Positions 46,925 through 58,300 of a stretch of 64,000 bases of DNA are shown here, piece after piece; position 1 is the first letter of the stretch, and each line of letters begins with the position of its first letter. Location: the NCBI GenBank assembly GCA_023920165.1, contig CP089277.1:3100001-3164000 (forward strand). The letters run 5' to 3'. The notes under the pieces were generated by a model, which saw only the letters and a list, made by a program, of their open reading frames with translations, was not told where the DNA came from and made no database searches. This DNA is from Curvularia clavata. Its lineage: Eukaryota. Both the position numbers and the translations under genes were made by a program.

Positions 46925-48536
46925 ATGGGGCTCACTAATCTATTATGCCATCTGGCCTTGGCCTCAACTGCTTCTGCTAAATGGATCGTCCCAGGAGCTC
47001 GATGGAGAGCAACAGATGGCTCACTTGTGAATGCGCATGCGGGCGGTGTAACTGTTGATCCTGAGACTGGCAAGTTCTTCTTGTTTGGAGAATATAAAGT
47101 CCAAGGGCAAACAGAGGGTGGTGGTGTGAGCGTGTACAGCTCCGACGATCTCGTAACATGGGAACCTCACGGGCTAGCCCTGGAGCCAATCGACGGTCAC
47201 CCCTACATTTCAAAGGAAGACATTATTCAAAGACCAAAGGTTGTCTACAGCAAAGGCACCGGCCAGTATCATGTAGGAAATTGACTCTAACATTTGAACC
47301 ATTCAACTAATCGTTTGCAGATGTGGTGGCATGCCGACAATTCGACCTACGGCGAGCTGCTCCAAGGCTTCGCTGTTTCCGATAACATCACTGGACCCTA
47401 CAGTTTCGTCGATGCCACAGCACCTCTCGGAAACTGGTCGCAGGATTTCGGCATGTTTGTAGACCATAAAGACGGGCGTGCATATGCGCTTTACTCCAAT
47501 GGCGACCGCCGCGAAGGGCGCGACGTCTACCTCACATCTTACAATGAAAACATAACCGCACTTGATAAGGTGGTTCATCGCTTCGACAAGTACGATTTAG
47601 AGGCCCCCAACATTGTGCAGACGGACAAGAGCTACTTTGCTCTCATGTCACACAAGACAGGGTACCGACCAAATAGTAAGAATATGTTTCTTTCACGGAG
47701 CGTGCCACAAGTACTGATAAAGCTAAGATGTGGTTGCATTCCGCGCCGACTCTCTTTCTGGCCCTTGGTCGCAACCTTTCATCATCGCACCGCTTAATAC
47801 GCGCACGTACAACTCGCAATCAGGCTTCAATCTGCGTATCAACGGTACCAAGAAGACGACTTATATCTACATGGGCGATCAGTGGGATTCCAACTCATTA
47901 TGGGAATCGAGGTAGGACTTCTTTTACGTGTGAAACCAAAGAAAAGCGATATTCAGTATATATAGGTACATCTGGCTCCCGCTTGAAATTAACGAAGAAG
48001 AAAAGTCCCTCGAGCTTGTATGGCATGACGTCTATGATCTCGATGTAAAAACTGGCGAAGTCATACCCATCGAAGGAACTACCTACTACAACAAGGACGC
48101 CACAACGACTGGGGACGCCTGGCACCAAGAAGCCAGTTTCGCAAGCGACAAGGTCATTGTTACAGGTATCTATGGCAACGACAGCAAAGTCACTTTCCAC
48201 AACATTGAAGGCAGCGGCAAGCCCCAGTGGGTCTCATTCTACTACCAGAACACAGACGATATGGGCTTCGGCGATCAGCCAGGTGGCACACCCGATCGTA
48301 TCAATGGTACCTGGCAGCTCCGTCGCATCTCTAGTGTTATTGTCAACAATAAGACCGAAGAGCTGCAGACGTTGTATCAGAGAGATACGCACAAGGGTAT
48401 CATTTTGAGCACACCACTTATGCTCAATTTGGACAAGGGCAATCACAACACTATTACCATCGGCGGTCTTTACAACGGAAAAGATTACAAGGGTGCGGAT
48501 ATCGACCGTATCGTGGTATACCCACCTGAGGAGTAA
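46925..48536 (+). CDS. Secreted GH43 glycoside hydrolase (exo-beta-1,3-galactanase-like) with a probable C-terminal carbohydrate-binding (CBM35-like) module; 4 exons
   Basis: Signal peptide, VNAHAGG, YSSDDLVTW, IIQRPKV, MWWHAD, LEAP, SHKTGYRPN, TYNSQS and YMGDQW. Introns at ~47273-47320, ~47676-47727 and ~47912-47966. Confidence 0.88.
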
Positions 48537-48777
48537 AACAGGCTATAATTATATTTGCGCATCACAATACTTGTATTGACAAACTCAAGTTCCGCTCTAC
48601 GAATCAAAAGTAATTCAATATCTTGTCGTTCCGCTCTTTGCTCTATGATCTAATTCCTCATGCACCTATTCTACTCTCTAGTACCAGGATACTCTTGATG
48701 CTGCCTTTAGGAAATCTCGCCTTCGTCTATCTAAAATGCTCTATGTTAAACGCCAAAACGCCTCGCGAAAACCAAGC

Positions 48778-49962
48778 CTATGCCCATCCAATCCGATAGA
48801 GATTATACCCCGTCTCGTCACCTCTTCCAATACCCCTCCTCTTCTCAACAAACTCTGTCTCCAGAATTCGGAAAACCATGCCACTCTCGTTTCTCGGACA
48901 CTTCTCGAGCGCAAACGCCGATTCCACCGTATCGGGGATACCTTCAAATTTACCCGTCTTGCGCACGGTGACCATGAGCCAGAAGTTGCCCTTGGTGGTG
49001 AGGAGGTGTGCGGCACAGTCGCGGAGCCATGCGGCATGCTCTGGTGCATACACGACATCAGATGCAACCAGGAGGTTTGAAGACGCTTTGAGATCTGGAG
49101 GAGGCTGCGACCAGTCTAGAACCGCAGTAGTCACAGGCTGAGGTACGTCGGAGCGACTTGAAGGGAAATTTGTCTCGATGTTAAGTTTGCAGTTTTCCAG
49201 GACATCATGGTGGTAATCGGTCGCAGTGATTTTCGCATCCGCGATGCCGATATTTGGAAGGAGCTTTGCCAGTACTAGACTGACGAGTCCGGTTCCAGCA
49301 CCGAGCTCAATGATATCTGGCGAGGGAGCAAGGATGGATGGATCCAGTGCGAAGCGCTTTGGGTCAGCACACATCATGCTGCTCAGAACGATACTGGCAC
49401 CCCATGATTGCAGACCGACGGCTGTGTGGTCTGAGCTGGAAAGTGGTGCGTCGTTTAGCGTAACCCCTATTGCTTCTCCAGAGGACGTGGAAAAACTGAA
49501 ATCACGGGTCAATGCATCTTCTTCGTCGGTATCAGTGGATTCGAAGAGGCTCGAAAGAATGAAAGCTGCGTCATCGTTGATCCTTTCTCGGGCTTCCTCA
49601 TTGATGTCCATCTCTTCCGAACGTACGAGAAGTGCGTTGAGCCATTGTGTGGCGAAAGTGCGCTCAAAAGGATCGGCTCGTAGGGCTGTTATCACATCTT
49701 CCAGAGTATTCTCCTCATCGTCATCATCTTCATCCTGAGAAGCGTATCCCGAATCTACAGGGGCTGGTGGCGAAGTGATCGACTTCTGATCTCGCTTGGA
49801 TATCGGTGTTGAAATGACAGTAGGTAGTCGTACTGGGCAATAAAGCGCCCGTAAATTTTGAAGCGCCGAGGTAATCTGAGCTTCTGAGGCTGAAACCAGC
49901 AAACGAACGGATGGTAGGCTGCTTGAAGGAGGCAGAGAACTGCCCATAAGGCTGACACTCAT
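48778..49962 (-). CDS. SAM-dependent methyltransferase (seven-beta-strand, METTL21/family-16-like)
   Basis: VGLQSWGAS, IIELGAGTGL (motif I), ATDYH, LDWS and ASDVVY. Confidence 0.9.
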   Translation of the reverse strand: MSVSLMGSSLPPSSSLPSVRLLVSASEAQITSALQNLRALYCPVRLPTVISTPISKRDQKSITSPPAPVDSGYASQDEDDDDEENTLEDVITALRADPFERTFATQWLNALLVRSEEMDINEEARERINDDAAFILSSLFESTDTDEEDALTRDFSFSTSSGEAIGVTLNDAPLSSSDHTAVGLQSWGASIVLSSMMCADPKRFALDPSILAPSPDIIELGAGTGLVSLVLAKLLPNIGIADAKITATDYHHDVLENCKLNIETNFPSSRSDVPQPVTTAVLDWSQPPPDLKASSNLLVASDVVYAPEHAAWLRDCAAHLLTTKGNFWLMVTVRKTGKFEGIPDTVESAFALEKCPRNESGMVFRILETEFVEKRRGIGRGDETGYNLYRIGWA

Positions 49963-52048
49963 CTGACGAGCTCGCTAAGGAACGAACGACTGAGGGGAAC
50001 GTGCACAGGGAAAGGAGAGAATGCGGAGAGGAAAAAGAACCGGAGACGACGTGGGGAAAAAAGGGCTTATCATGACTCTCCAGGCAAGCGAAAAGGACGA
50101 TAACACGATACTGGGTTTAGCCTCACGCTCGGGCAAATGCCGCTGTTTCGAGAACTTTTCACCGCCTGTCGTTTTACATCGTGGGCGTCTGTTTGGGCTG
50201 AGGCGCATGGTGGCGAGGGACATGGCATCCTCTCTTCGCTACAACATTGTTTTTGGACCAAAAGACACCAGGCTTCAAGAAATAAGCACACTTGACGCCT
50301 GATCATTCTCACGATGGGTTCGTGAAGGTCAAATTTTGAGTCAATGGCAATTGCCACGTGCGTCGCTAAGGCTCAGCCTCATCGACACTAGAATCCAAAA
50401 TAGCCTAGTTTAGATCGGCTCTTCGGTCCAAATGGCCATGGCCCATGGTTTTTGCTACGGTCAACCCCGGCGAGCGCCAATTGATTTTTGTCTTGGATGG
50501 CAACGGCTTATGAAACATCTTGGTATACCACATTAGGAATATGTCAAGACTGTGTAGATTACAGCGCTAGTGGCTTGGAAGTACAATGCCACCACACACA
50601 CGCCGGCCAAGTTGCCAAGCATCCAACAAGCAATTCACTACACTCCACAGTAGCATGTCTTCCTGTATGCATTAGACGCGGCTTCTGTATGACCGCCGCA
50701 GCCTGAGGCGGCCGTGAATTGTAATTGGGGATGGGACTGTGTCAGGCTGACGATCACTTTCCAATTGGTAAAATATCCGGAAATGTCTCCGCCAACTCCT
50801 GTGACATCCGGAGCCTCTTTACAGACGCAACCAAGAGAAAGTTGTCCGTAATACTATGGATATGTTGCACATATTGAGTAATGATATCGAAGCGGATTCG
50901 TGACAAACAATGCAGCTTGATATTCATGCGTTAAACGACCTTGGGATTGGGTTCTTGGAATTCTTGTAGTCCATGATCAGACATCGAAGTGCTATTCAGA
51001 ATTATGATCGCCGTTCTACAAAGGTAAAGCCGCAGCAGCGACACAGAGGATTCGTTGATCCGTTCACGACCATAGTAGCCGAACTGTAGTCAAACCCCTA
51101 CCCTACGAACATGACGATACCTAACAGAAGGAACGGGAAGAGGTATAGCAGAACTGGGGGCCTTCATATTCTGTTGGTTAAAGGACTGTACAACTTCTAG
51201 CATAGTAAGTACCCGAGGTGCATTACAGGTTCGACATACACTGCGAATACGATTAGTTGAATAGCTGAAACATTGTGAAATTTTAGTGTTGTCTTGCTTC
51301 TTTCACTTGTTCATAGGAGTGATAATCCTGATTAACAATTTCTCATATACCGTCTTATCAGGACACCAGTGAAATACAGAATATATATCTTCCCAGACTT
51401 TACATGCACCTGCACGCCAAAAAAAAACTGTAGGGTTGGACGGACAGAGATCTAGAAATGAAGAAGGAGATAGGCCGCTTACAAAACGCAATATACTGTG
51501 CTTCTCAGGCACGCCCCCGCGATTCACTTACGTCCTGGATTAGGTGAGACCTACATTGTCGCGTCATGGCATACAACTGTCGGTATGCCTCCGCGGGCAT
51601 TTATCACATTTATTTTTCAAAAAAGACACAATGAAGAGGTATGATGGCCCGCGAATCTAGCTCTGAATCATATACGAAGTGTCGTTCTGTTGCTCACTAC
51701 CGCGTGGTGCTTGAGATAAGATGGTACGAAAGGCTGATTAGCCGCCCAACCCAAGGGCGGCTGAGGGCGATCATTCAGGCCACCAGCGTGGCGCGCTGAG
51801 CAGCGACAGCACCAAGACACGGTTAATATACTGCTCCGCCCACATTTCACGGGCATCACACAGCGCATACATTGCCAACAACGGACAGAGTTACCGGTAT
51901 ATGTCTAAAGAGAACGCGTCGCGAGTTTCTTACCTCAGCCGAAGATTGTGCGATCATCAGGGCTTCATCCCAGACTACCCCAGGGTTGCGCGCAGACACC
52001 AGGCTCTATTCATCAATCAACTGTACCCAATCAAAGCTGCAAGTCATC

Positions 52049-53608
52049 ATGTCGTCACCAAATCTTGATCATCAACACCAGGGCTGGCAACCTGGTCAAC
52101 ACCAGCCGCCGCCGTCTTCGTCAACACAGCCAGTATACCATTACCCACAGGGCCCCTATGCCGATTACACCCAATATACGCTAGCTCCAGGATCGTACAT
52201 TCAACCTTACTACAACGGCACACCTCCGGCTCAGGTGATTGCGGAGCTGCCAGCACCGTTACCAGTAGCTCCACCGACAACGACAACAGAGGAGCAATTG
52301 AAACAGGACGAGCTTCTCGCACGCAGCATATCGCAGTTGGACATCGTAGGCTCCGGAAAGCCGATTGACACTTCCCCTGGTAGCCTGCGACAGTTGTCGC
52401 CATCACTGCACCAGGAGAGATCTGCGCAAGCACTAAGACTGCATTCAAAAAGTGTTTCTTCTTTTCATAATCAACGACCAGCCAGCCTAGCACCTCGAAA
52501 CTCCGTGTCCATTCCCATCACGCACCAGCAATCCATGCATGCGTTGCGACCCCATGCGAAGAGCGTAGGGACACATACTGCCGCTTGGAGCCCGAAGTCT
52601 CCAACCCAGGTTCAACAGATAGACTACTCCCGTTACAGCACCTTGCCCGAAGTTGTGGTGGAGACTCCTCCAGTTCCATATTCTGCTCCTGTGTTCGCAG
52701 AGCAAAGCATCCCAATTCCAGTTGTCTCAGAGCAACCGCTCGTACGCCGACCATCTGTTAGCCTGGACCCTTTATCATTACCTCCATATCTGGAAAAGTA
52801 TCGTCAGACGCCTTATCCTCCCCAATGGAGTCCACCACCAATACTTCGAACTTTGTATGCTGGCCGGCAAAACAAACCTGCCTCGGGCTCTTGTTGGCTC
52901 GATACACCATCATCAGCATCCTGGAGCGAGAATAGGGCATCACAGCAAGCAAACGACTCTACCCCTCCGGCTTTTGCCTTCAAGTTCAAGTCCAGCAGTA
53001 GTGTATTTCGCTCTCCAAAGCTCTCGTGGACTATGGTGTGTAGTGAAGAACCTGGCTCCGAGACGAAGTCTAGCAAACAAAAACCCACTACGTGGACGTA
53101 CGACCTAAAAATAGACCCCAAATCAAATTTGCGAAAGTCAGAAGTCTTGACGCGAAGCGGAGAGAGCCCAGCAAATGTCATGACAACTTACGTACATGCG
53201 CTCAACTACGATTCCTTACGCTTTCTGGGAACGGACAGATGTGCATACATGTGGGTTACAAGCACCAGAGTTTCCTCAACTGATGGCTCAAGATACGATA
53301 CGCTTAGGCATGCGCTATTCGTAGCTACAGGAAACAATCCCAATCCATTATATGGCCAGATCGTTGCAGACCACTGCTTCTGGGACGGCGGGGTTAGTGA
53401 GACTGGAGACATTCTGCCTGATGAAGCATTATACATACGGTCTCCAGGAGTGGATCCGGCACTTGTCGTAGCAACGCTTCAGATCATGAAGGACTGGGAG
53501 AAACACACGTTCAGAGAAGAGAAGGCAAGGAAACCAGAGGCGTTTCGCGTAACAGAGGAGGAAGCAAGAAAGCATCCACTCGGGGCTACAAGTTATTGGA
53601 AAGCATGA
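52049..53608 (+). CDS. Hypothetical protein: Pro/Gln-rich disordered N-terminal half and a globular C-terminal domain
   Basis: About 519-aa open frame from MSSPNLD. EQLKQDELLAR resembles a ubiquitin-binding-like motif (weak). The C-terminal half is rich in aromatic residues. Confidence 0.78.
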   Translation: MSSPNLDHQHQGWQPGQHQPPPSSSTQPVYHYPQGPYADYTQYTLAPGSYIQPYYNGTPPAQVIAELPAPLPVAPPTTTTEEQLKQDELLARSISQLDIVGSGKPIDTSPGSLRQLSPSLHQERSAQALRLHSKSVSSFHNQRPASLAPRNSVSIPITHQQSMHALRPHAKSVGTHTAAWSPKSPTQVQQIDYSRYSTLPEVVVETPPVPYSAPVFAEQSIPIPVVSEQPLVRRPSVSLDPLSLPPYLEKYRQTPYPPQWSPPPILRTLYAGRQNKPASGSCWLDTPSSASWSENRASQQANDSTPPAFAFKFKSSSSVFRSPKLSWTMVCSEEPGSETKSSKQKPTTWTYDLKIDPKSNLRKSEVLTRSGESPANVMTTYVHALNYDSLRFLGTDRCAYMWVTSTRVSSTDGSRYDTLRHALFVATGNNPNPLYGQIVADHCFWDGGVSETGDILPDEALYIRSPGVDPALVVATLQIMKDWEKHTFREEKARKPEAFRVTEEEARKHPLGATSYWKA

Positions 53609-54818
53609 TACATGTATCGGGGAAGATGTGTACAAGATAAGAGGCGCAATGGTGCGATGTCTTGATCTTAACGCTTACGTTGATTAGTGGACCTATATTT
53701 CTTGACGATAGAAGGACTGTATACATGATGTTCATTTATGGTATTAAAGACTTGTAACTCTTGCATCTAAATTTTGCTGAGTAGATGAAAACTAACCCTG
53801 CTACAAGTTCCTTCCGCAGCTCGACCTAGATAAGGCAGACCGGCTCGAGTTCAACTTGAGAATCATCCATAGCCATCGCAAGGCCCACAATCCAAGAGTA
53901 TCTAAGCAGCGTTCTGGCGTCGATCGTGCCATGAAACCCAATCGTATCGGTTGCAAGGATTGTGGTTGATATCCATCTCAGTGTGTGGAAAAACGCCTGA
54001 AAAGCGGTAGTCAACTCTGCTACGTGATGTGTTTGAGGTTGTCTAGCGAATGGGGTTAATCCATATTTTTTACGCAGTAGTAGAGCCCTCCTAGCTTTCA
54101 ATGTAGGAGCCTGCTTTGAAACAAGGGCTGATATAGACACCTGCCCCCGTTAATTGGGCCAAATGTGGGATCACAGTGTCTTGATACAGGCCAACAGTGA
54201 AGCCGAAGTGCCCATCCACTCCATCATTCGTAGTGACACTGAGGTCAAAGTTGATACAGTAACTTGGAATTATACTATGTAGATTCGTAAGTCTCAAATT
54301 GTCAATCCGAGTCCTGGCTGTAGAAAGATGTCAGATATCAATCCCATTAAGACGACTGACCAACTGCTCGTTGATGCTATTTCACTCAGCTGCTAACGCT
54401 AACCAGCGTATGCTGTTGATTTCCAGCTATTATCACCTCCTTATCCTCGTTAAATCCTGTGGTACAATACAAGACCGAGCTTGAGAATTCAAGAGGTAAC
54501 CCGCAATTAGATAGTCGAATAATCATTGCTAGCAGTGAATTCAGCAAAGAAGATGTCTATCTACGCCGAAGAGGAATCCCTATACATGCTAACTGTCCAG
54601 TCACGTGTTACTACACCAAGCCCGTTTTCGTAGAACAGCACTTGTAAGCAAGTGAGCCGTTCCTGATCGATGGAAGCTGATTGGTCTATGACATCATGCC
54701 CCTCCTTTTAGCGCACTGCAACAACAACGAAGCTATCGTGACACTGCAACTAAAACATTGCGGATCTACACACATTCTCTCACTATCCTTTGATATCCCA
54801 TATCCGAAAGTCTCCAAA

Positions 54819-55078
54819 ATGGTGAAGTGTCCTGAATGCGAGGCTGGGGCTGATTTGACGAAAGACGGCGCTTGGGCACATTGCGCGTCCTGTAAGTGAA
54901 CCACTTGGGCATTTCAATAAGTAGAGGGGCTTGTTTCGTAACGTTACATGTGTCAGGTAACACGATTTTTCAACCAGGAAAGGAGGGAAGTCACTACAGA
55001 GGAAGCGGGAGCGGGTCAGGTGATAAGGAAGAGGAAAAGAAGGGCGACAACAAGGATGAGAGTGTGAAGAAGGAATAA
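54819..55078 (+). CDS. Candidate 64-aa zinc-ribbon microprotein (2 exons)
   Basis: ATG in a CAAAATGG context. Intron 54892-54956 (GTAAGT..CAG) restores MVKCPEC...HCASCNTIF, followed by a charged tail and TAA. Confidence 0.6.
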
Positions 55079-55340
55079 GAGCAGTCTAGTTGACGATTAT
55101 TTTCCCGTAATTTGGAGGAAAGATTCAAGAATGTGAAAGAATTCATTCTATCTGAGTAGATTCATGTGTCAATTTTGCGAAGGAAACGCAAGGACGACTG
55201 CCTCTGATCTACCAACGCTGCGCTAAAATGCAATGCAATGCAATCTACGCTTTTGATTAAAAGAAAACATTAAAATCAAACTTGATAAAGCAGTACGCTA
55301 GTTTCGATCTCGGGTATACTAATTCACCAGGACGCGGTCT

Positions 55341-58300
55341 TTACACACGCTCATCATCTCCATATTCAGCGAGCTCCATCTCATGCAGATGGCTCCTTGT
55401 CCGCAGACTACTCCTTGCACTGTTGGGACCCATGAAGCTCTGCCTCGCAAAAACATCTTTTCTTGGATCAAGCCTTCCGTTGTCCAGGGGAGATTCCATA
55501 GCGCGGTTGCCTAGTGGGCCGCTATAATTGAATTGTGCTGGACGTTTGCCTTTCGCTCCTAAGAAAGGAGGAGGATTTTGGACCAGATGACTTCCAGAAT
55601 AAGTTCTTGTAGGACGAGGGATGACCGGCAGTGCCAACTCTTCGCTGTCCGAGTTGGCATATTTGGTCGATGTATCGGTAGAGTCCAGTTGCATGTCCCA
55701 CTGGTCATTTTCCCAGGTAGGATCCGAATACCTCGTAGATGGGCCAGACGGCTCATCCGTGTATATTGAAGAGAAGGATGTAGCTGTGGAGGCGTGTTTG
55801 GGAGCAAATGGACGTGGGTGCATCATCTTCTCCATCTGAGGATCATACATGAAGCTGGAGGCTCTGTCGGCCAACTGGGCATCGTGGCGAAGAGACAACA
55901 TGCGTGCTGGGTTCCTCGGCGGTGGAGTCTGCTTCTCGAAATCTAGCATTTCGTAGAACGATTTGCCAATCCAAAGCATCTGTTCGTGTTCCCGCAGATA
56001 ACGCTCACCACCAAAAGATTTCTGGACGATGTTACGTGCCATCATGCCCAGCTTGCGTCGATGTTCAGATTTCTCGTACATGCGACGGGTGATGATCTCA
56101 ACATCCTTTGGCGTTGGCTTATGAGGCAGCACTGGTGCTGCAACACCAGGTCCGTCCTCAGCGTATTGCGCCCATTCGTCTAGCATAGCAAGAAGATTGA
56201 TCTGAGCACGAGCCAAGCCGTATGCATCATTGGGTGCAACAACCTCACTGTATCGTTTTCCATCATCAGGATCAGTGAGGACGCGCAAAGACGCACCTAC
56301 ATCAGTGCAGACAACAGGGGCTCCAGTCAATGCAGCTTCTCCGAGCGCAAGCGGCAGACCTTCCGAGACAGATGAGTTGAGGAACAGCCAGGTGTTTGCG
56401 AGGACCATTGCTGGATCAGCAGTACCACGCATGGTGACATTCTGTCCGAGACCTTTGCAAGCGAGAATCTCTTGGCATTCGGATGAATAGACAGGAGACT
56501 TGTTGAGAGCACCGTAGATGTCAAGCTTGTAGTCCTTGAAGCCCCATTCGTTTGTTATGATGTCCGCAGCTAGTAGAGCTGTCTTGATGTCTTTCGCGAA
56601 CCAGACATGAGAAAGCATGGTTACTGTTGGGGTCTTTGTTTTGATTTCCGTAACCGGAGCGAATTTTGTCATGTCAGTGATGCCGTTGACAATGGGGTCA
56701 ACCTTGCGACGGAAGACATTGCGATGCGTGAGCTGTCCTTTAGCGCTTCCAATCTCTATTTCCCACCCTGGATTGAAGAAATCTAGAACATGGGGTCAGC
56801 CAAGATGAAACAATCTTGAGCGAGGGTGTACATACCGGCACATGGAAGGATCTGATCGGCGTGATGAAGGATAAGGCAAGATGTCAGCTTCATCAAACCC
56901 AGCAAGGAGTTCCTAATGAAGGGTGGTAAAGTGCACATTGCGGATGACAGGTAGAGGTTTGTCTCACGCCAGGAGATGGCATGGTCCCAGATCTGGAGCG
57001 TACAGTTACGCTTTAGCTTGCAGACGATACCATAGGAAGCCGAGACGCTGTGATGAGAAGCCTGGAATACGTGGGGAATCTTGTCGGGGATCGGAATGGA
57101 GAAAATGAAGAGATCTTGGATTGTTAGTATCTCTCCAGGCATACTGGGAGGTGTCACTTACATCTATACCATAGCTCCAAGGCTGTATCGAAGTGTCCAA
57201 GCGTTGGCAACTCGGTACGGAACCATTCCTTAGCTGGCTGAGCATTTGGCATATCGTCTGCGAGCCATAGTTTTCTCCACGAATCTTTGACCAGATCGCT
57301 TGTCCAAACTTCCTTCCAGTGACGCGAGTCCTGGAAATAAGTGTTGAGATTGACCAGAGCACGTGTGGCTTGCTTGACGTCTGCCGATGTCATTGTAGTA
57401 GCTCGCGCTCCACGAACAAGAGCTGTCAGCGTAGGAATGAAGTTCGTCTCGATGTCAACCAGAGTCGCTGCCTTCACCTGGTGATCAACCTCGCTATCTA
57501 GCTTGTTGGTGAACATTCCATGGTTTGGGTGCATGAAGTCCAAGCCCCATAGTGGAATGATCTTGAGTGATTCGACGTTTTCTTCGGTCTGGTGCTTAGG
57601 CAAGCCGAAGTCATTGGCCGACTCCACGACCATGTGCCATTTGATAGTGCGCAAGTTGTTGATGAGATCTCGTCGACATGCCGAAACACCACCACCCTCG
57701 TTTGGCCAAGTTCCAGTGTCGACAGCAATAACGTGTAGTGACTTATCGGTATCACGTTGAAGTGCCTTTGTCCTGGTGAAAACGACAGCATCTCCACCTT
57801 GACCGAAACTGAAAAGATCACTCATGCGGATGGCGAGAGGAGTCCAAGCGCTGATGTCACTTGTAAGATCCGAGCTGGCCATGATGGCATCTGCGTGGAG
57901 TGCCAGGTAGTCTTCTGCCTTGACGAGACTTCCACGGTCACGGCGTCTCCAGTAAGGTCTTAGCAGCGCTTCCTTGCGGATCAGTTCCTCATCGACCCAA
58001 CGAATGACCACTCCATCAAGATCGTTCCGCTTCTTCCAAGCTTTCCAGAGCTGAGAACGAGCCCTGGAGGTAGAGATATCTTGCTGTTTGATGTTTGTCC
58101 GGAACAATCGACCCAAGAAGTTTGAGGTAGGTGTCTTGAACGCCAGCAGAGGATTTTCATCGGAGAAAGTACAACGGGTAGGTTTCTTGAGGACACCTAG
58201 CCAATCGTGACGAATCATGTCTGGTGTATCGACCAGAACACCGTTAAGCTTGGTCGTGATCGTTGGGTGGAATTTATGATCATAGAACCATGTGCATTCG

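Noticed and set aside
49975..52000. Short ORFs and possible RNA genes in the 2-kb intergenic region
   Set aside because: No tRNA cloverleaf, rRNA similarity or protein motif was recognised.
53826..54650. Possible degraded gene fragments on the minus strand
   Set aside because: No identifiable family; a tBLASTx search would be needed to call a pseudogene.
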